A stretch of 64,000 nt of DNA from Torpedo marmorata (Eukaryota). The stretch covers positions 31,620,001 to 31,684,000 of the forward strand of contig OZ360226.1 in assembly GCA_977017645.1 (NCBI GenBank), in the 5' to 3' direction. Under the pieces are notes generated by a model. That model was not told where the DNA came from and did no database searches. It saw only the letters and a list, made by a program, of their open reading frames with translations. The position numbers were made by a program, and so were the translations under genes. Position 1 is the stretch's first letter, and each line of letters opens with the position of its first letter. Of the stretch, positions 1 to 12,600 are shown piece by piece.

Positions 1-49
1 TTGTATATTGTTCTAGTTCTCCAGCATCTGCAGACTCCTTGTATACCAC

Positions 50-775
50 CAGAACTTACACGGTGAATGGTAGGGCCCTGAAGAGTGTTGTGGAACAGAG
101 AGACTTGGGGGTACAGATACATAGTTCCATGAAAGTGCTGACACAGGTGGACAGGATGGTGAAGAAGCAGTTTGGCACACTTGCCTTTGTTGGTAGGACA
201 TTGAATGCAGGAGCAGGGACGTCATGTTAAAACTCTAGAAGACTTTGGTGAGACTGCACTTTGAGTACTGTCTGCAGTTTTGGTCACCTATCTATAGGAA
301 AGAAATTATTAAACTGGAAAGGGTGCAAGAAAGATTCATGAGAATGGTACAAGGATTGGGAGAGTTTGGATAAGCAGGGACTTTTCCTTTTGGAGTGTAG
401 GAGGCTCAGGGAAGAACCATAGAAATGTCTGTAAAATCATGAGGCACAGTTAACATAAATAGTCGTAGTCGTTTTCCCAGAATAGGTGAATATAAAACTA
501 GAGGGTATATATTTAAGTTGAGAGGGGAAAAATTCAAAAGGGATCTGAGGGACGCCTTCTTCACAGAGGGTAGTGGATATATGGAACGAGCTGCAAAAGG
601 AAGTGGTAAGGATAGGGGCAATTGTAACATTCAAAAGACATTCAGACGTGGATAGGAAAGGTTTAGGGGGATATGGGCCAAATGTGGCCGAATGAGGGCA
701 AATGGGGCCTGCTTGGTCAACATGGACAAATTGAGCTGAAGGGCCTATTTCCATGCTGTAGAACTTCATGACTAT
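50..775 (+). mobile_element. CR1-clade LINE, decayed 3' fragment
   Basis: Translates to RTYTVNGRALKSVVEQRDLGVQIHSS and further CR1 ORF2 C-terminal motifs; ends in the CR1-type 3' end GGGCCTATTTCCATGCTGTA. Confidence 0.85.
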
Positions 776-855
776 AGTCAGCAATTCTGGGACAATGAAT
801 GATCAGCCTTGCAGATATATCTGTTGACTTTGATGCATTAACATCATTGACAAGA

Positions 856-870
856 TTTATTCATTTTATT
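856..870 (-). promoter_or_regulatory. Tandem AATAAA polyadenylation signals of LMO7
   Basis: TTTATT at 856-861 and 865-870 (AATAAA on minus), about 1 kb downstream of the LMO7 stop, at the end of a repeat-poor AU-rich stretch. Confidence 0.6.
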
Positions 871-1839
871 TATAAACATCAGTCAACACAAAAACAAATG
901 AACCATTTTTCTTTTATACATTTTTTGCAAAATACTTTAACCATCAATTCCAAAAGAAACCAGGAGCAAATCTCAGGTTTGATTTCAGATCAACACTTTT
1001 AATGCCCAAGTGCTGCTCAAGATCTGTATATTAAAAATAAATGCTTGCCCATCTTACTTAACCTGTTCCTCATTCTAGAAAATATTATGCTTCTTCCAGA
1101 GTCGCTTAAATCAATAGAATGGGATGGAGATACAGATAGATATTGCTGAGATAACTTACCAGTGTTGGAATTTTGACAGATATCTTTCAAAAGTATCAGA
1201 ACATAAATGTTGAATAGAATATATATGTATGTTAACCACAGAACTCTGCTCTACAAACAGCCACATGAACAGAGGCAGTTGCCTTACTTGCACCATAAAC
1301 TAACAGCTCATCAGTTTGATAAATAAAAGTTATAAGTCACCAATACATTTTATGTATAATACACCGTGCATTCCCTCAGCTGCTGTACATGCTGTGCTCA
1401 TAAGAAAACTGTCAGGAGGGGGGAAAGAAGAACGTCATTTTAGACAGCATGTGATGAATGCACATACATACAGGAGATTGATAAGTGACTCTGGTTCCAA
1501 ACGTTGCAGTTCCAACAGTTTCAAAGGAGGCAAACTTCAGAAGCAGAGTACAACTTGCAGCCACTGCTATGTATGCGCGTTCCATTCAATGACAGAGATT
1601 GAAGCTCTCCACCATAAATTTAAGGTTTATGTTAATCGATCAATCACTCCATTTTAAGCTCAACTGTGATGAAAAACATTTTAATTTCCAATGGGTTACG
1701 TCATTTGATATACTCTGATCATCAAGAGTAATTTCTTTTCATTCACATGGAGTATTGAACTTGGGATTTTTGTAGCATTAAGCCGAGATTCTTCTCCTCT
1801 TCCACTCACAAAGGCGTCTTTCTATTGCCTGGAGCTTCC

Positions 1840-1862
1840 TCAATTGTGCAGGGATTGGCCAG
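1840..1862 (-). CDS. LMO7: LMO7 terminal coding exon (AGQSLHN*)
   Basis: Acceptor tttgtatttgttag; phase 1 matches the previous exon; TGA at 1842-1840; aligns positionally with the human C-terminus SGRPTAM as recalled. Confidence 0.75.
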
Positions 1863-2519
1863 CTAACAAATACAAAAACAATACAATGGTCAAAAACTGT
1901 CGAGAATCAATATTATTGTTCAACAGCTTCAACAAACAGAAAGAAACCATAGAACAGCCCCAAAATAGTCAGCCTTTCGTGAAATTTGAACTGTCTTCAA
2001 TGGGATACAAAAATGCATAGCAGCTTTACACTGGAGAATATCCCAATGCTGAGTTGTACTTGGATTTGTGAAATATACTCATGATACCATGCCAAGGAAA
2101 TTCACTAAACTACTTGTGTACAACAAAAAGCAAAGGAATTACAAATTTGGATCAGGAGTAGGGTTCTTACAACTGCTCTGCTCTTCAGTAAGATTACAGC
2201 TGATCTGATTGAAAGCTCAATTCCACATTCTGACCTAACCCAAGGACCCTTGCTATTCAATAAACTACTCTGATTAAAAAATAATCAGGCTCAGTTTGCA
2301 CTGCCTTTTTAGGAAGAGAGTTTTAGACTCATTACCCTCTTAATAAATTTCACCTGCCTTAATGGGAAACCCCTAGTTTGGTTTGAACTACAAGATAATA
2401 TATTCTCTTGACGTGCACTGTATTAAGGTGTCCTAGGATCTTGTATGTTTCAATCAAGCTACCTCTCGCACATCCAAACTCCATCGAAGACAAGCCATCT
2501 GTGCAACAGGACATAGAAG

Positions 2520-3800
2520 AGAGTGATAGAGAAGATATCAGAGCATTTTGAGATCAAGGAAGAAGTGGTGCTGGGTCTTTTGAAGAATACTAAGAAGGAT
2601 AATTCCCCTGGGACTGATTGGGTGTATCCCAGGTTATTAAAAGAGGCAGGTGAGGAGATTGCAAGGTCCCAGAGAACTGGAGAGTAGCCGATGTTGTTCC
2701 GGGGAAGATGTTGTTCAGGGGACCTGAAGCTTCCGCTCCCTACCATCCTCCTGGCTAACGTACAATCCTGGGAGAACAAACGATGAACTCCAAGCCAGAC
2801 TTCAACATCAGAGAGTCATCAGGGAGTGCTGCGTGATGTGCTTTACAGAAACGTGGCTAAACGCGGACATTCCGAACACAGTGCTGCAGCCCAAGGGCTA
2901 CACCCTCCAACGCGCTGACCAAACACCGGCGTCTGGAAAAACCAGGGGAGGCGGCGTTTGTGCCATCATCAATTCATCGTGGTACACAGATGTGACGGTC
3001 ATGTCCCAGTCCTGCTCCCCCAAACTGGAACATCTGGCGATCAAGTGTCGCCCATTCTACCTTCTGAGGGAGTTCACCGCCATCATCCTGGTCGCAGTGT
3101 ACATTCCGCTCCAGGCTAACGTCAGGCTGACACTGGACGGACTGAGCACTGTGATAAACAGCCATGAGACAGCACATCCTGATGCCTTCCCGATCATTGT
3201 GGGAGACTTCAATCAGGCCAATCTGAAGAAGTCACTGACAAACTACCACCAACACGTCACATGCGAGACCAGGGGAACCAACACACTCGACCACTGCTAC
3301 ACCACTGTGAAGAACGCATACCACGACCGCACTTCGGCAAGTCTGATCACCTGGCTGTACTTCTACTCCCGGCGTACAAGCAGAGATTGAAGACCACAGC
3401 ACCAGTGGTGAGGACGGCGAAAGTATGGTCGAGAAGGCGGAGGAGAGTCTGCAGGACTGCTTTGAATTGGTAGACTGGAACATATTCAAGAACTCATCCA
3501 TAGAGCTGAATGAATATGCAACAGGTGTCACCGACTTCATCAAGACCTGCGTGGATGAGTGTGTGCCCACACATGGTTGTGTACAGGACAGGTCATGTCT
3601 TATGATCTTGATCAAGTTTTTTGAGATGATGAAGGTGGTTGATGCGGGTAGGGCAGTAGATAGTGTCTATAGGGACTTTGGTAAAGCATTTGACAAGGTC
3701 TCCTATGGTAGGCTGATCCAGAAGATACAAATGCATGGGATCCATATTGAACCGATAGTCTGGATTCAGAATTAGCTGGCCAGAGAAGACAAAGGGTAAC
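2520..3800 (+). mobile_element. CR1 RT fragment interrupted by a Rex1 fragment
   Basis: SPG-D--YPRLLKEA and WRVADVV before 2700; HG...RSCL...FFE...DFGKAFDKV...WIQN after 3571. Confidence 0.8.
2717..3570 (+). mobile_element. Rex1/Rex-Babar LINE, internal endonuclease-domain fragment
   Basis: LPTILLANVQS, CFTETWL, GGGVC, GDFN, TLDHCY and HFGKSDH motifs of an APE-type endonuclease. Confidence 0.85.
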
Positions 3801-4355
3801 GGTTTAAATGTTTGCAGAAGATTTATGAAACTTCAATGTCCATTCGTTCCCACCCATTCCTCTTCCACATCACCCTCTACGGAGAGGGTACAGTACAGTG
3901 CCCTTCTTGGGAACAGTTGCCTCATCATTATTTCATTGTGTTCTGTAAGAAGAGGCCTTACAAAACACAATGAAATGATAATGAGCCATCTGTTCAGTAC
4001 TGTCAGCAGCTAAATATGTTTTCCCAGATCCATTTGTTTTCATCTCTGAGAAAACCAAATACCATTATGACTGAAACAATCCAAACGATATTAATTCTAT
4101 GTTCCAAGCCCCCATTCTGAGTGGAACTCTGAGCTCCGCTGGGAAAAATAATGATGGACAGCAAACAGCAAGGGGTAGAAAGTTGATAGAGATTGAAAAT
4201 AGCAAAGACTAGAACAAACAAAGCAAAGGTTAAACTGGAACAGTTTTTAATGACAAGAAATGACATCTGGACTGATGCCACTCATTACGAAACAGTGAAA
4301 TTCCTGCAATATCATGTAGACAATCCAGGAATAGTGCCCCTGTACGCCGACCTAC

Positions 4356-4458
4356 CTTTATACTGGGTATAGCAGTCATTGCAGAAAAGGTTGTTGTTCC
4401 GTACTCGAACTTCTGCCCCAGATTCTGTGCCTCCAAGGTCAACGCTGCAGAAGATGCA
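4356..4458 (-). CDS. LMO7: LMO7 exon, LIM domain second half (CIFCSVDLGGTESGAEVRVRNNNLFCNDCYTQYK)
   Basis: catag/gtaggt splice sites; LIM zinc ligands CxxC...CxxC; GAEVRxRN motif of LMO7. Confidence 0.95.
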
Positions 4459-5945
4459 CTATGCACGAAACAGGACATTTTAATTACATCTTTCAAGATT
4501 TGAACAATGAAATTCAGGGAAATATATTATGAGAGTGGGCTGAATTTTCATTCTTGCCTCATTAGGAGAAAATGAGACAGCAGAACTTGACTGCATATCA
4601 AAGGTGGGTCACAGGTTCACCATCACATGCAATTGGTAACTAGGCAGGTTATCAATGATTAATCAGTGTTCAAGCTGTGCGATAGTAGGAGGCAGTATCA
4701 AAGAATCAGTCACACAGAAACATTGACTTCCATCCACTCAACAACTGTGATTTCACAGCTTAGGTACATAACAGACAGGGTACACAAGATCAATAATTGA
4801 AAGTTTAATTTCAGAGAGGTGGAAGGTGCAAAAGCAGAGATAAGACTAATAATATGGCAAATTTAATAGAAATTGCCATCCAAGACAAGGAAGTATAATT
4901 ATACGAAAATGAGAAGAAGGTCGTTATGTTGTGACCATTGTCAATAGAATTAATAAAGGATGAGTACTTTTCCCAGTACTTTGGACAAACACATAGGTTC
5001 TTAAAGGATTACATATTTCTGAGGTTGACGAGAAAGGCAAGATGAACCAAACTAAATGATATTTAATGAGCCTGGGCATGCAGAAAACAAGGTGCATGTT
5101 GAAAAAGTGCATGCTAAGCAAAAGTGGTCCAGCAAAAGTCAAATTTCATTCATCACAACACTGCAGTATTGGTTATTGACTTGTGCCGTTCTGCAATGAA
5201 AAGCATTACAGTGAAAGTGAAAACAGGGGCATTAGGAGGGAATGATGACACCATCGGCAGGAAGGACAAAAATACAGTTAAATAGCAAATTAATTCAAGA
5301 GCAACATATTTGTGCAAATATAAACCATAAAGGTGGTGGTGAAACCAATGCCTTCCATTTTAGCTGAAAATCAAGTTTCCTATTGTAATGCAGAAGCAAG
5401 AAGTTATGAGTTATGCCAATCTGAAACAGAACCAAAGTTATGATGATAACATTTTGGCACAGGTTGCCCAGGTCCCAGGTTAGTATGGTACTAAGATGCT
5501 TTATGCCAGCAATGGAATCCATGCAGAATACAAGTATGATAAGAGAAATATATTGGCATTTTTCTTGCAAGATAATTTATCTTCAGAATAAAACTGAAAA
5601 TGTTGGAAATACACTGTGGAGAGTAAAATAGCATCAAGGTTGATGAAGGGCCATTGATTTGAATCATTTATGCTACTTCTCTCACCACTGATAGATATTG
5701 CACGATTGTTTTCAGTAATTCCTGCTTTATTTCAAATGTCCACCTTTTTCAGTATTTTGCTTGTAAATTACCTTTGAAATGATTTCTGTGCACCTTCAAG
5801 TTAAAAAGTCTGCATGGATTCTCTTACTGTCAAAATGTTAATCAAAGTCTTGTGGAATGCTGTACAAGCATGCATGACTTTAGCTGGCATGCTAGTCATG
5901 ACTTTGCAGTGCTCTCCCCTACTCAGAGCTGGTCCCTAGCCTCAC

Positions 5946-6054
5946 CTTAAAACAATGCAAATGATAACAAAGACCAAGAGACTCGATGATCATGGCTGCT
6001 CCTTTGCCCAGAGCGCTATCACAGTATGAACAGATCTTCTTTCCACTTATTGAC
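5946..6054 (-). CDS. LMO7: LMO7 exon, LIM domain first half ([36 protein letters not shown])
   Basis: tccag/gtgag splice sites; [22 protein letters not shown] signature of LMO7. Confidence 0.97.
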
Positions 6055-8267
6055 CTGGATACAGAAGAAAAAGGGCACCAACTATATAAATGCTACACAA
6101 GCATGAAAATTGTGATACCAACCCTGCAAGTTGCTCCAGAAGGCAACTTGTTGGATCATGGAGAACAGCAGATGGTGTGGAGAAATTATCCTGCCCCTTA
6201 AACCATGATCAAAAAAAGATATTATTCCATCAGCCTCAAAACTGCAGGAGAGGCAATTGTGAAAAAAATGTTTAGCCTATAAAATGAAGCAAGCATTCAT
6301 CTCAGACAATGAAATCCTGACCACGGTTAGGCTTAATCAATGAATTCTACATGCAATAGGAGGTAAGGACTTGAAACTGTTCCAAAAAGGGCAAATGATG
6401 TCAGGAGGAACTGTTACTATCAAGTGCAAGACTGATAGACCTTGAAAAATCCAATGTATTGGGATGTGGACAAAAGGTAGTTGCACGGACATGGTTCACA
6501 TATCATGCACCATCTCCATGAAAAGATGAAGAGGCTTGAGGGCTTAACAAAAGAGCAATAAAATCAGTAGACTAGACTGCCCTTGGGGCAGCTCCACTTT
6601 CAATAAAATCACAGCAGAACCGATAAGTCCACATTCCTATCTGGTGCACAATATGCCCTTTGGGTCCAGTGACCTGCTCCTTGAATATACTCAACATTTG
6701 AACAACCAGAGCTCTTTGAGCCTGCAAATAATTAGATGTAGTGTATGAGAATTTCTCTTCCACCCAGATTCCACTCAGAACTGCCAACATTTCTTCATGC
6801 AGATGCCAGTAAGTTTTGGGATTCTTGGTTTCATAACTTATTGGCCATATTCCCTCCAGCAACTTGCTGGCTGCATTTCAGTGCTCGACTCTACGTGGAG
6901 TCCAATAAACAAGAACAAACTCACTGAAATTCCCCAGCATCTGCAGTGGGGAATTTGTTCCAGTTCTGAGTCAGTTTAGACCTATGGAAGAAATGTGGGG
7001 GCAATTAATTTGCACTGGAGTTGCCGGGGCTGAGAAGGCTGGGGGCCAAGTGCTGGAAGATGGGATTAATGCAGATGAGTACTCACTGGTTGCCATGGAC
7101 AAATGTCCAGACTGTGCGATTCTATGACTATTCTAGAACTGTGGGAAGAAAGCAAAGAGAAAGTACACTGCATTTCTATATTATTAGTTTTAAATTATTT
7201 TATATTGTTTTAAGTGTTTCTGAATGTCAGAAACAAATGTGGACAACTCTGAAAGCTTTGATAGACACCAGAGCCTGAGGTGTGGCTTTGCTGCCCATCA
7301 AATACTTCTCGAGGAATTTCATATGCAGGGCACATTCTGGCCAAACCAACATCACTCAACACCTTGTTTGTGGTTCTGCCATTGCTCATGGTTTTATTGC
7401 TTGGCTCTGGATTGGTTTGGGCCAACAAGGTAGGCCTTTCAGTTCCACAGCAGAGAAATCGGCTGAAGGTGAATAGGGAACTTGGGTGGCAAATACAAGC
7501 CTCCCCTGGTCAGGGAAATCTTCACCCTGAATGGCCAGCCCCTCAATCAGTGGATACACTCCCCAAAATAGCCCCTGTTCCAGATTTGTACTTTAGGCTG
7601 TGCATTAGTAGAATTTAAAAAAAAACATTTCAATTTCTGAACACTTTCGACAAATTTATATTCAGAGTTCTCAAACATTAATGTGGCTGACACTTCTCAC
7701 ATGTATTGTGATGACATGGTAAAAAGCCTACTTCTAGTCAGTCACTCAACCAACAGAGTAGAAAGCTTTCTCTTTGGATAACATTTACCTGTACATTTCA
7801 GTCAACTTACACAAAGTTTTGAAAACAGCCAGTTAAAAATCAGAGAATGATTGAAATGAACAGCACAGGTCCTTTAGTCCACTTGGTCTATGCCAACCAA
7901 AAACAAGAGGCTATTTAAGATAATCCTCCTGCACAGTTCTCAACATGTGGGCCTTCCAAATGCACAATCAGCCGCCTGATGAGGAATAGTGTCTCCATTG
8001 TGCCTTTTGGGCTCAATTTCCAGTCACTCACCACATTTCAGAAACAAATTTTCTTATGCTCCTCACTACCCTCCAGTCCATCGACCAGTCACCTTAAATC
8101 TATGTCCCTTCCCAGCCCTTAAGGATTTCCTTGGTAGGCAGATACTTTGGTTAGAGACTGAGCAGTAGTTTTGCTTTAGTTAAGAGAACACTGTCCATTA
8201 TTCCCATTTAAGTTGCAGTGTGAATTAAAAACAAACAGATTGATGTACTTCTGATCAGGAATATTTG

Positions 8268-10107
8268 GAAGAACAACCAATAGCCGTTTAAGGCCAATGA
8301 CCGGGATCTTTACAAGAAGTCCAGGCACGACCTGTGGAAGGCCTTCTCTGAAGCAAAGTGGCAATTCCGGAGGAAGCTCGAGACAGAGACAGATACACGC
8401 CAGCTATGGCAGGGAGTGCAGGCCATTACAGCCTACAAAGCGAGGGCGAACACTATAGACGGCTGTGATGCTTCACTACCCGATGAGCTGAACACCTTCT
8501 AAGCCTGCTTTGAGAAGAAGAACAAAACAGTGCCTACAAGAATCCCTGAAAAGGCTGAGGACCCTGTAATATGTGTCTCTGAGGGCGACGTCAGAACATC
8601 ATTCAAGAGGGTGAACCCTCGCAAGGCGTCAGGCCCTGATGGCGTACCTGGCAGGGTACTGAAAATCTGCGCCAACCAACTAGCCGGAGTGTTCACGGAC
8701 ATTTTCAACCTCTCATTGCGGCAGTCAGAGGTTCCCACCTGCTTCAAAAGGACATCAATCATCCCGGTACCCAAGAAGAGTAGTGTGAGCTGCCTCAACG
8801 ACTACCGCCCAGTAGCACTAACTTCTACTGTGATGAAATGCTTTGAGAGGCTGGTCATGGCCAGAATTAACACGAACCTAAGCAAAGAACTGGACCCACT
8901 GCAATTCACCTATCGTCACAATCGCTCCACAGCAGATGCAATATCGCTGGCTCTCCACTCAGCTCTGGATCACCTCGAAAACAGCAATTCATACATACGG
9001 CTGCTCTTCATCGACTACAGCTCGGCCTTCAATACCATTATTCCCTCAGTGCTGGTCAAGAAGCTACAAACTCTAGGCCTCTGTACCCCACTCTGTAACT
9101 GGATCCTTGACTTTCTCATCGGAAGACCACAGTCAGTACGAATTGGAAACAACGTCTCCTCCTCACTGATTATCAACACAGGCGCACCCCAAGGATGCGT
9201 GCTTAGTCCACTGCTCTACTCGTTATACACCCATGACTGTGTGGCCAGGCACAATTCCAATGCCATCTACAAGTTTGCCAATGACACCACAGTTGTCGGC
9301 AGAATCACAAACGGCAATGAGGAAGCGTACAGGAGGGAGATAGATCAGCTCGTTGAATGGTGTAACGACAACAACCTTGCACTCAACATTAGCAAAACCA
9401 AGGAGATGATTGTGGACTTCAGGAGGAAGTCAGGGGAACACGACCCAGTCTTCATCGAGGGCTCAGTAGTGGAGAGGGTCAAGAACTTCAAATTCCTGGG
9501 TGTCAACATCTCCGAGGATCTGTCCTGGAGCCTCCATGTTGATGCAATCACAAAGAAGGCTCGTCAGCGGCTATACTTTGTGAGGTGTCTGAGGAGATTC
9601 GGTATGTCACCGAAGACTCTCGTAAACTTCTACAGGTGTACCGTGGAGAGCATTCTAGCTGGTTGCATCACTGCCTGATATGGAGGCGGCAACTCTCAGG
9701 ACAAGAATAAACTCCAGAGGGTTGTTAACTCGGCCTGTGACATCACAGGCACCAGACTTCACTCCATCGAGGACATCCACACGAGACGGTGTCTTAAAAA
9801 AGCAGCCTCTGTCTTCAAAGACCCTCACCACCCAGGCCATGCCCTCTTCACTCTGCTACCATCGGGAAAAAGGTACAGGAGCCTAAAGACGAGCACTCAA
9901 CGGCACAAGGACAGCTTCTTCCCCGCTGCCATCAGATTCCTGAATAATCAATGAACCAAAGACACTGACTTATTTTCCTTCACTATTATTTATATATTTT
10001 TTATAGTAATGTCGTAAGATGGTTATAATATGAATGTCTGCACTATGATGCTGCCGCAAAACACCGAATTTCATGACTTGTTCATGACAATAAATTCTGA
10101 TTCTGAT
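8268..10107 (+). mobile_element. Rex1/Rex-Babar LINE, 5'-truncated, RT region plus 3' end
   Basis: ORF 8530..9678 with [37 protein letters not shown]; catalytic FADD changed to FAND; tail AATAAATTCTGATTCTGAT; 5' boundary approximate. Confidence 0.92.
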
Positions 10108-10275
10108 ATATTTAACACAAACATGTATTTAAAAATAAACCGTAAACTAATGAACGAGAGCATTTTCCCGCTAGTATGATTCCCATTTCCACAGAATACG
10201 AAGTGCAAATCATATTATATGTAGGAAGTTCACTATAGAATATTGGCATCCAAGTGATGAAGTTCATTGCCATAC

Positions 10276-10518
10276 CTGCTGCCTTGTGCTATCTGAGACT
10301 GAGTAGTTGGGGCAACAGAAGAGTTTTTGGTCCATGATGCTGTTCTCACTGATCCAGTGGATGAAGGTGGCAGCGTTGAAGATGGTGCACGCATGTAGGA
10401 TCGGTTTGAGGTGGACACTGGGTGGTAGGTCGATTCTTTTCCTGAGGAATACACTGGCTCAGAAGTTGATCCCCATGTATTTGTCCTTGGGGTGTCCAAG
10501 TTATCCAAAGATTCACCT
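10276..10518 (-). CDS. LMO7: LMO7 exon (RGESLDNLDTPR...STSNRSYMRAPSSTLPPSSTGSVRT)
   Basis: Within ORF 10233..10544; tttcag/gtatgg sites; phase 2-2; GESLDNLD and STSNRxYMR motifs. Confidence 0.93.
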
Positions 10519-11654
10519 CTGAAACAAATGTGATCAGAAATCAATTTCTTCGATACCTGTGCTTCATAATGACATAACTGGAACGACCTATATCACTTTT
10601 TTACCATCCCACAATAAGCTTTGGCCAAGGTAAAAAAAAAAAAGCCAAAGAAGAGGTTGCAGATGCTGGAATCTGCAGCAAAAGAAAAGCTGCTGGGAGA
10701 ATGCGGCTGGCTGGTCAAGCAGCATCCGTGGAGGCAAAGGATAATCGACACAGGCTCTTGACCATCCCTTTACCTCCACAGGTGCTGCCTGACCTTCTAA
10801 GTTCAATGAACCATCATTCTGTAGTCCTTCACAAGTCTTGTACTCTATTGGTCTGGCACATCACTATCACTCTCTCCTCCCCGAGCCCTGTGCATACCCA
10901 TCCTTCCAAACCCATTCCCCATTTTTAAACTTTTACATTTTTTTAAATTAACTTAGAAAAATTTAACGAAGACAAAATGGGGAATGGGTTCGGCAGGAAG
11001 GGTTTTCACGAGTGTGGAGGAGAGAATGAGAGAAATGTGGATAATTCTACTTATTATCCATAACACTGGGATGGAAAAGTTAATCTTGATATACAGCTGA
11101 GATGCCTCATCAAGATTCTAAATACCATGTTTGCATCCACTACAAATGAATAGTGGCAAAGTCAGATTTTTTTTTCTCTAACATTTTCTTTCCAGTTTAT
11201 TGTCTTAATGCTTGTTTAAAAAATATCTATTGAAGAAAGCACAACCAAAGTTACCAATCTAATCAAATCATTTTCACCCAAATAACCCAGTACAATTCTG
11301 CAAATAAAGCAGTAAAATGTCCTATTATTTGATTGTGCAATGTTTTGTACCCCAGAAGGCATGACTGCATTAACAGGGTGCATCTGAAACTTTCTTTCAG
11401 TCTTGCAAAACAAATAATATGTAGAATTGACATGCTTAATTTGTTCATGAATTGCTGCCGCTGCTCTTGGATGTGGCTCTGACGCAGGTCGAAGACAAAA
11501 TGGGAACCATACCAATGGCTTAAATCTTTCTAAACAATCACAATAAAAACCTCGAACTAGTAACACTGTACACATCTGTTTGGCAGCTGTGTTTCTGTAC
11601 ACTTTGCTGACCTTAAATCCTACAAAGAACTTATGACTTCAATACCACTCTTGA

Positions 11655-12265
11655 GTGGAGGGGGGGGGGAAGGGGGGTGGGAAATGCAGGAGATGCAGCA
11701 GGGGTTGCAGATGGGGAGCAGTGAGAGAGAATCACCCCCCTCCCCCCCCCCACTCTTTTGTTCGGACGCCTGCCGGCATTTTCTCATACTTTGATGAAGG
11801 GCTCAAGCCCGAAATGTCGGTTATGTATCTTTACCTTTGCTACATAAAGGACACCGTTTGACCTGCTGAGCTTCTCCAGCATTTTGTGTTTTTACTTCAA
11901 CCACGGTGTCCACAGATTTTTGTGATTTACTTCTGACTACAACAACTCTGTGAAAGCTCTTCAAGGGATGCCTACCCTGAAGAAGTTCGCCTTTGCTCTC
12001 CGAAGGGAGTTCTGTGGGATTCTCACTCACTGCTCCCCATCTGCAACCCTTGCTGCATCTCCTGCCTTTGCCATCCCCCTTCTCCCCCCCCACCCCCCAC
12101 TCTTTTGTTCGGACGCCTGCTGGCATTTTCTCATACTTTGGTGAAGGGCTCAAGCCCGAAACATTGGTTATGTATCTTTACCTTTGCTACATAAAGGACA
12201 CTGTTTGACCTGCTGAGCTTCCCCATCACTTTGTGTCTTTACTTCAACCACAGTGTCTACAGATT
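11655..12265 (+). mobile_element. Penelope-like element terminal repeats: inverted partial copy plus two direct copies
   Basis: About 11670-11733 is the reverse complement of about 12018-12080; 11740-11925 repeats 12088-12265; the same sequence follows the GIY-YIG ORF end at 50494-51035 and 55286-55660. Confidence 0.75.
11785..11825 (+). ncRNA. Minimal type I hammerhead ribozyme-like motif (Penelope-associated)
   Basis: CATACT-TTGATGA-A-GGGC-TCAA-GCCC-GAAA-T-GTC-GGTTATG: core, stem II, NUH site and stem I pairing. Confidence 0.6.
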
Positions 12266-12274
12266 TCTATATAA

Positions 12275-12600
12275 CACAGAAACAGGCTTCTTAGCCCACC
12301 AAGTCCTTTCTGACCAACAAACACGCATTTACACTAATCCTACACTAAGTTCCTTTTCTTCTCCTCAGATTCCTGTCAACTCCTCTCAGATTCTACCATT
12401 CATTACATGGGAAGTAACAATTGACCAACCAACCCTCACATCTTTGGGAAGTGGGAGGAAACGCAAGTAGCCAGAGGAAACCCACAGGGTCACAGGGAGA
12501 ACATGCAAACTTCACCTTAACAGCATTGGAGGTCAGGATTGAATCTAGGTCACTGGAGTGGTGAGATATCAGCTCTAATAGCTGCATCTATGTGCTACCC
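12275..12600 (-). mobile_element. Degenerate tRNA-derived V-SINE
   Basis: Minus strand shows the V-domain-like TTTGCATGTTCTCCCTGTGACCCTGTGGGTTTCCTC and a decayed B box. Confidence 0.7.

Noticed and set aside
799-1657. Plus-strand short ORFs
   Set aside because: They lie antisense in the probable LMO7 3' UTR and show no recognisable domain
8530-9678. 382-aa RT ORF as an active or domesticated gene
   Set aside because: Catalytic FADD reads FAND, in-frame stops flank it (8499, 9676) and the element is 5'-truncated
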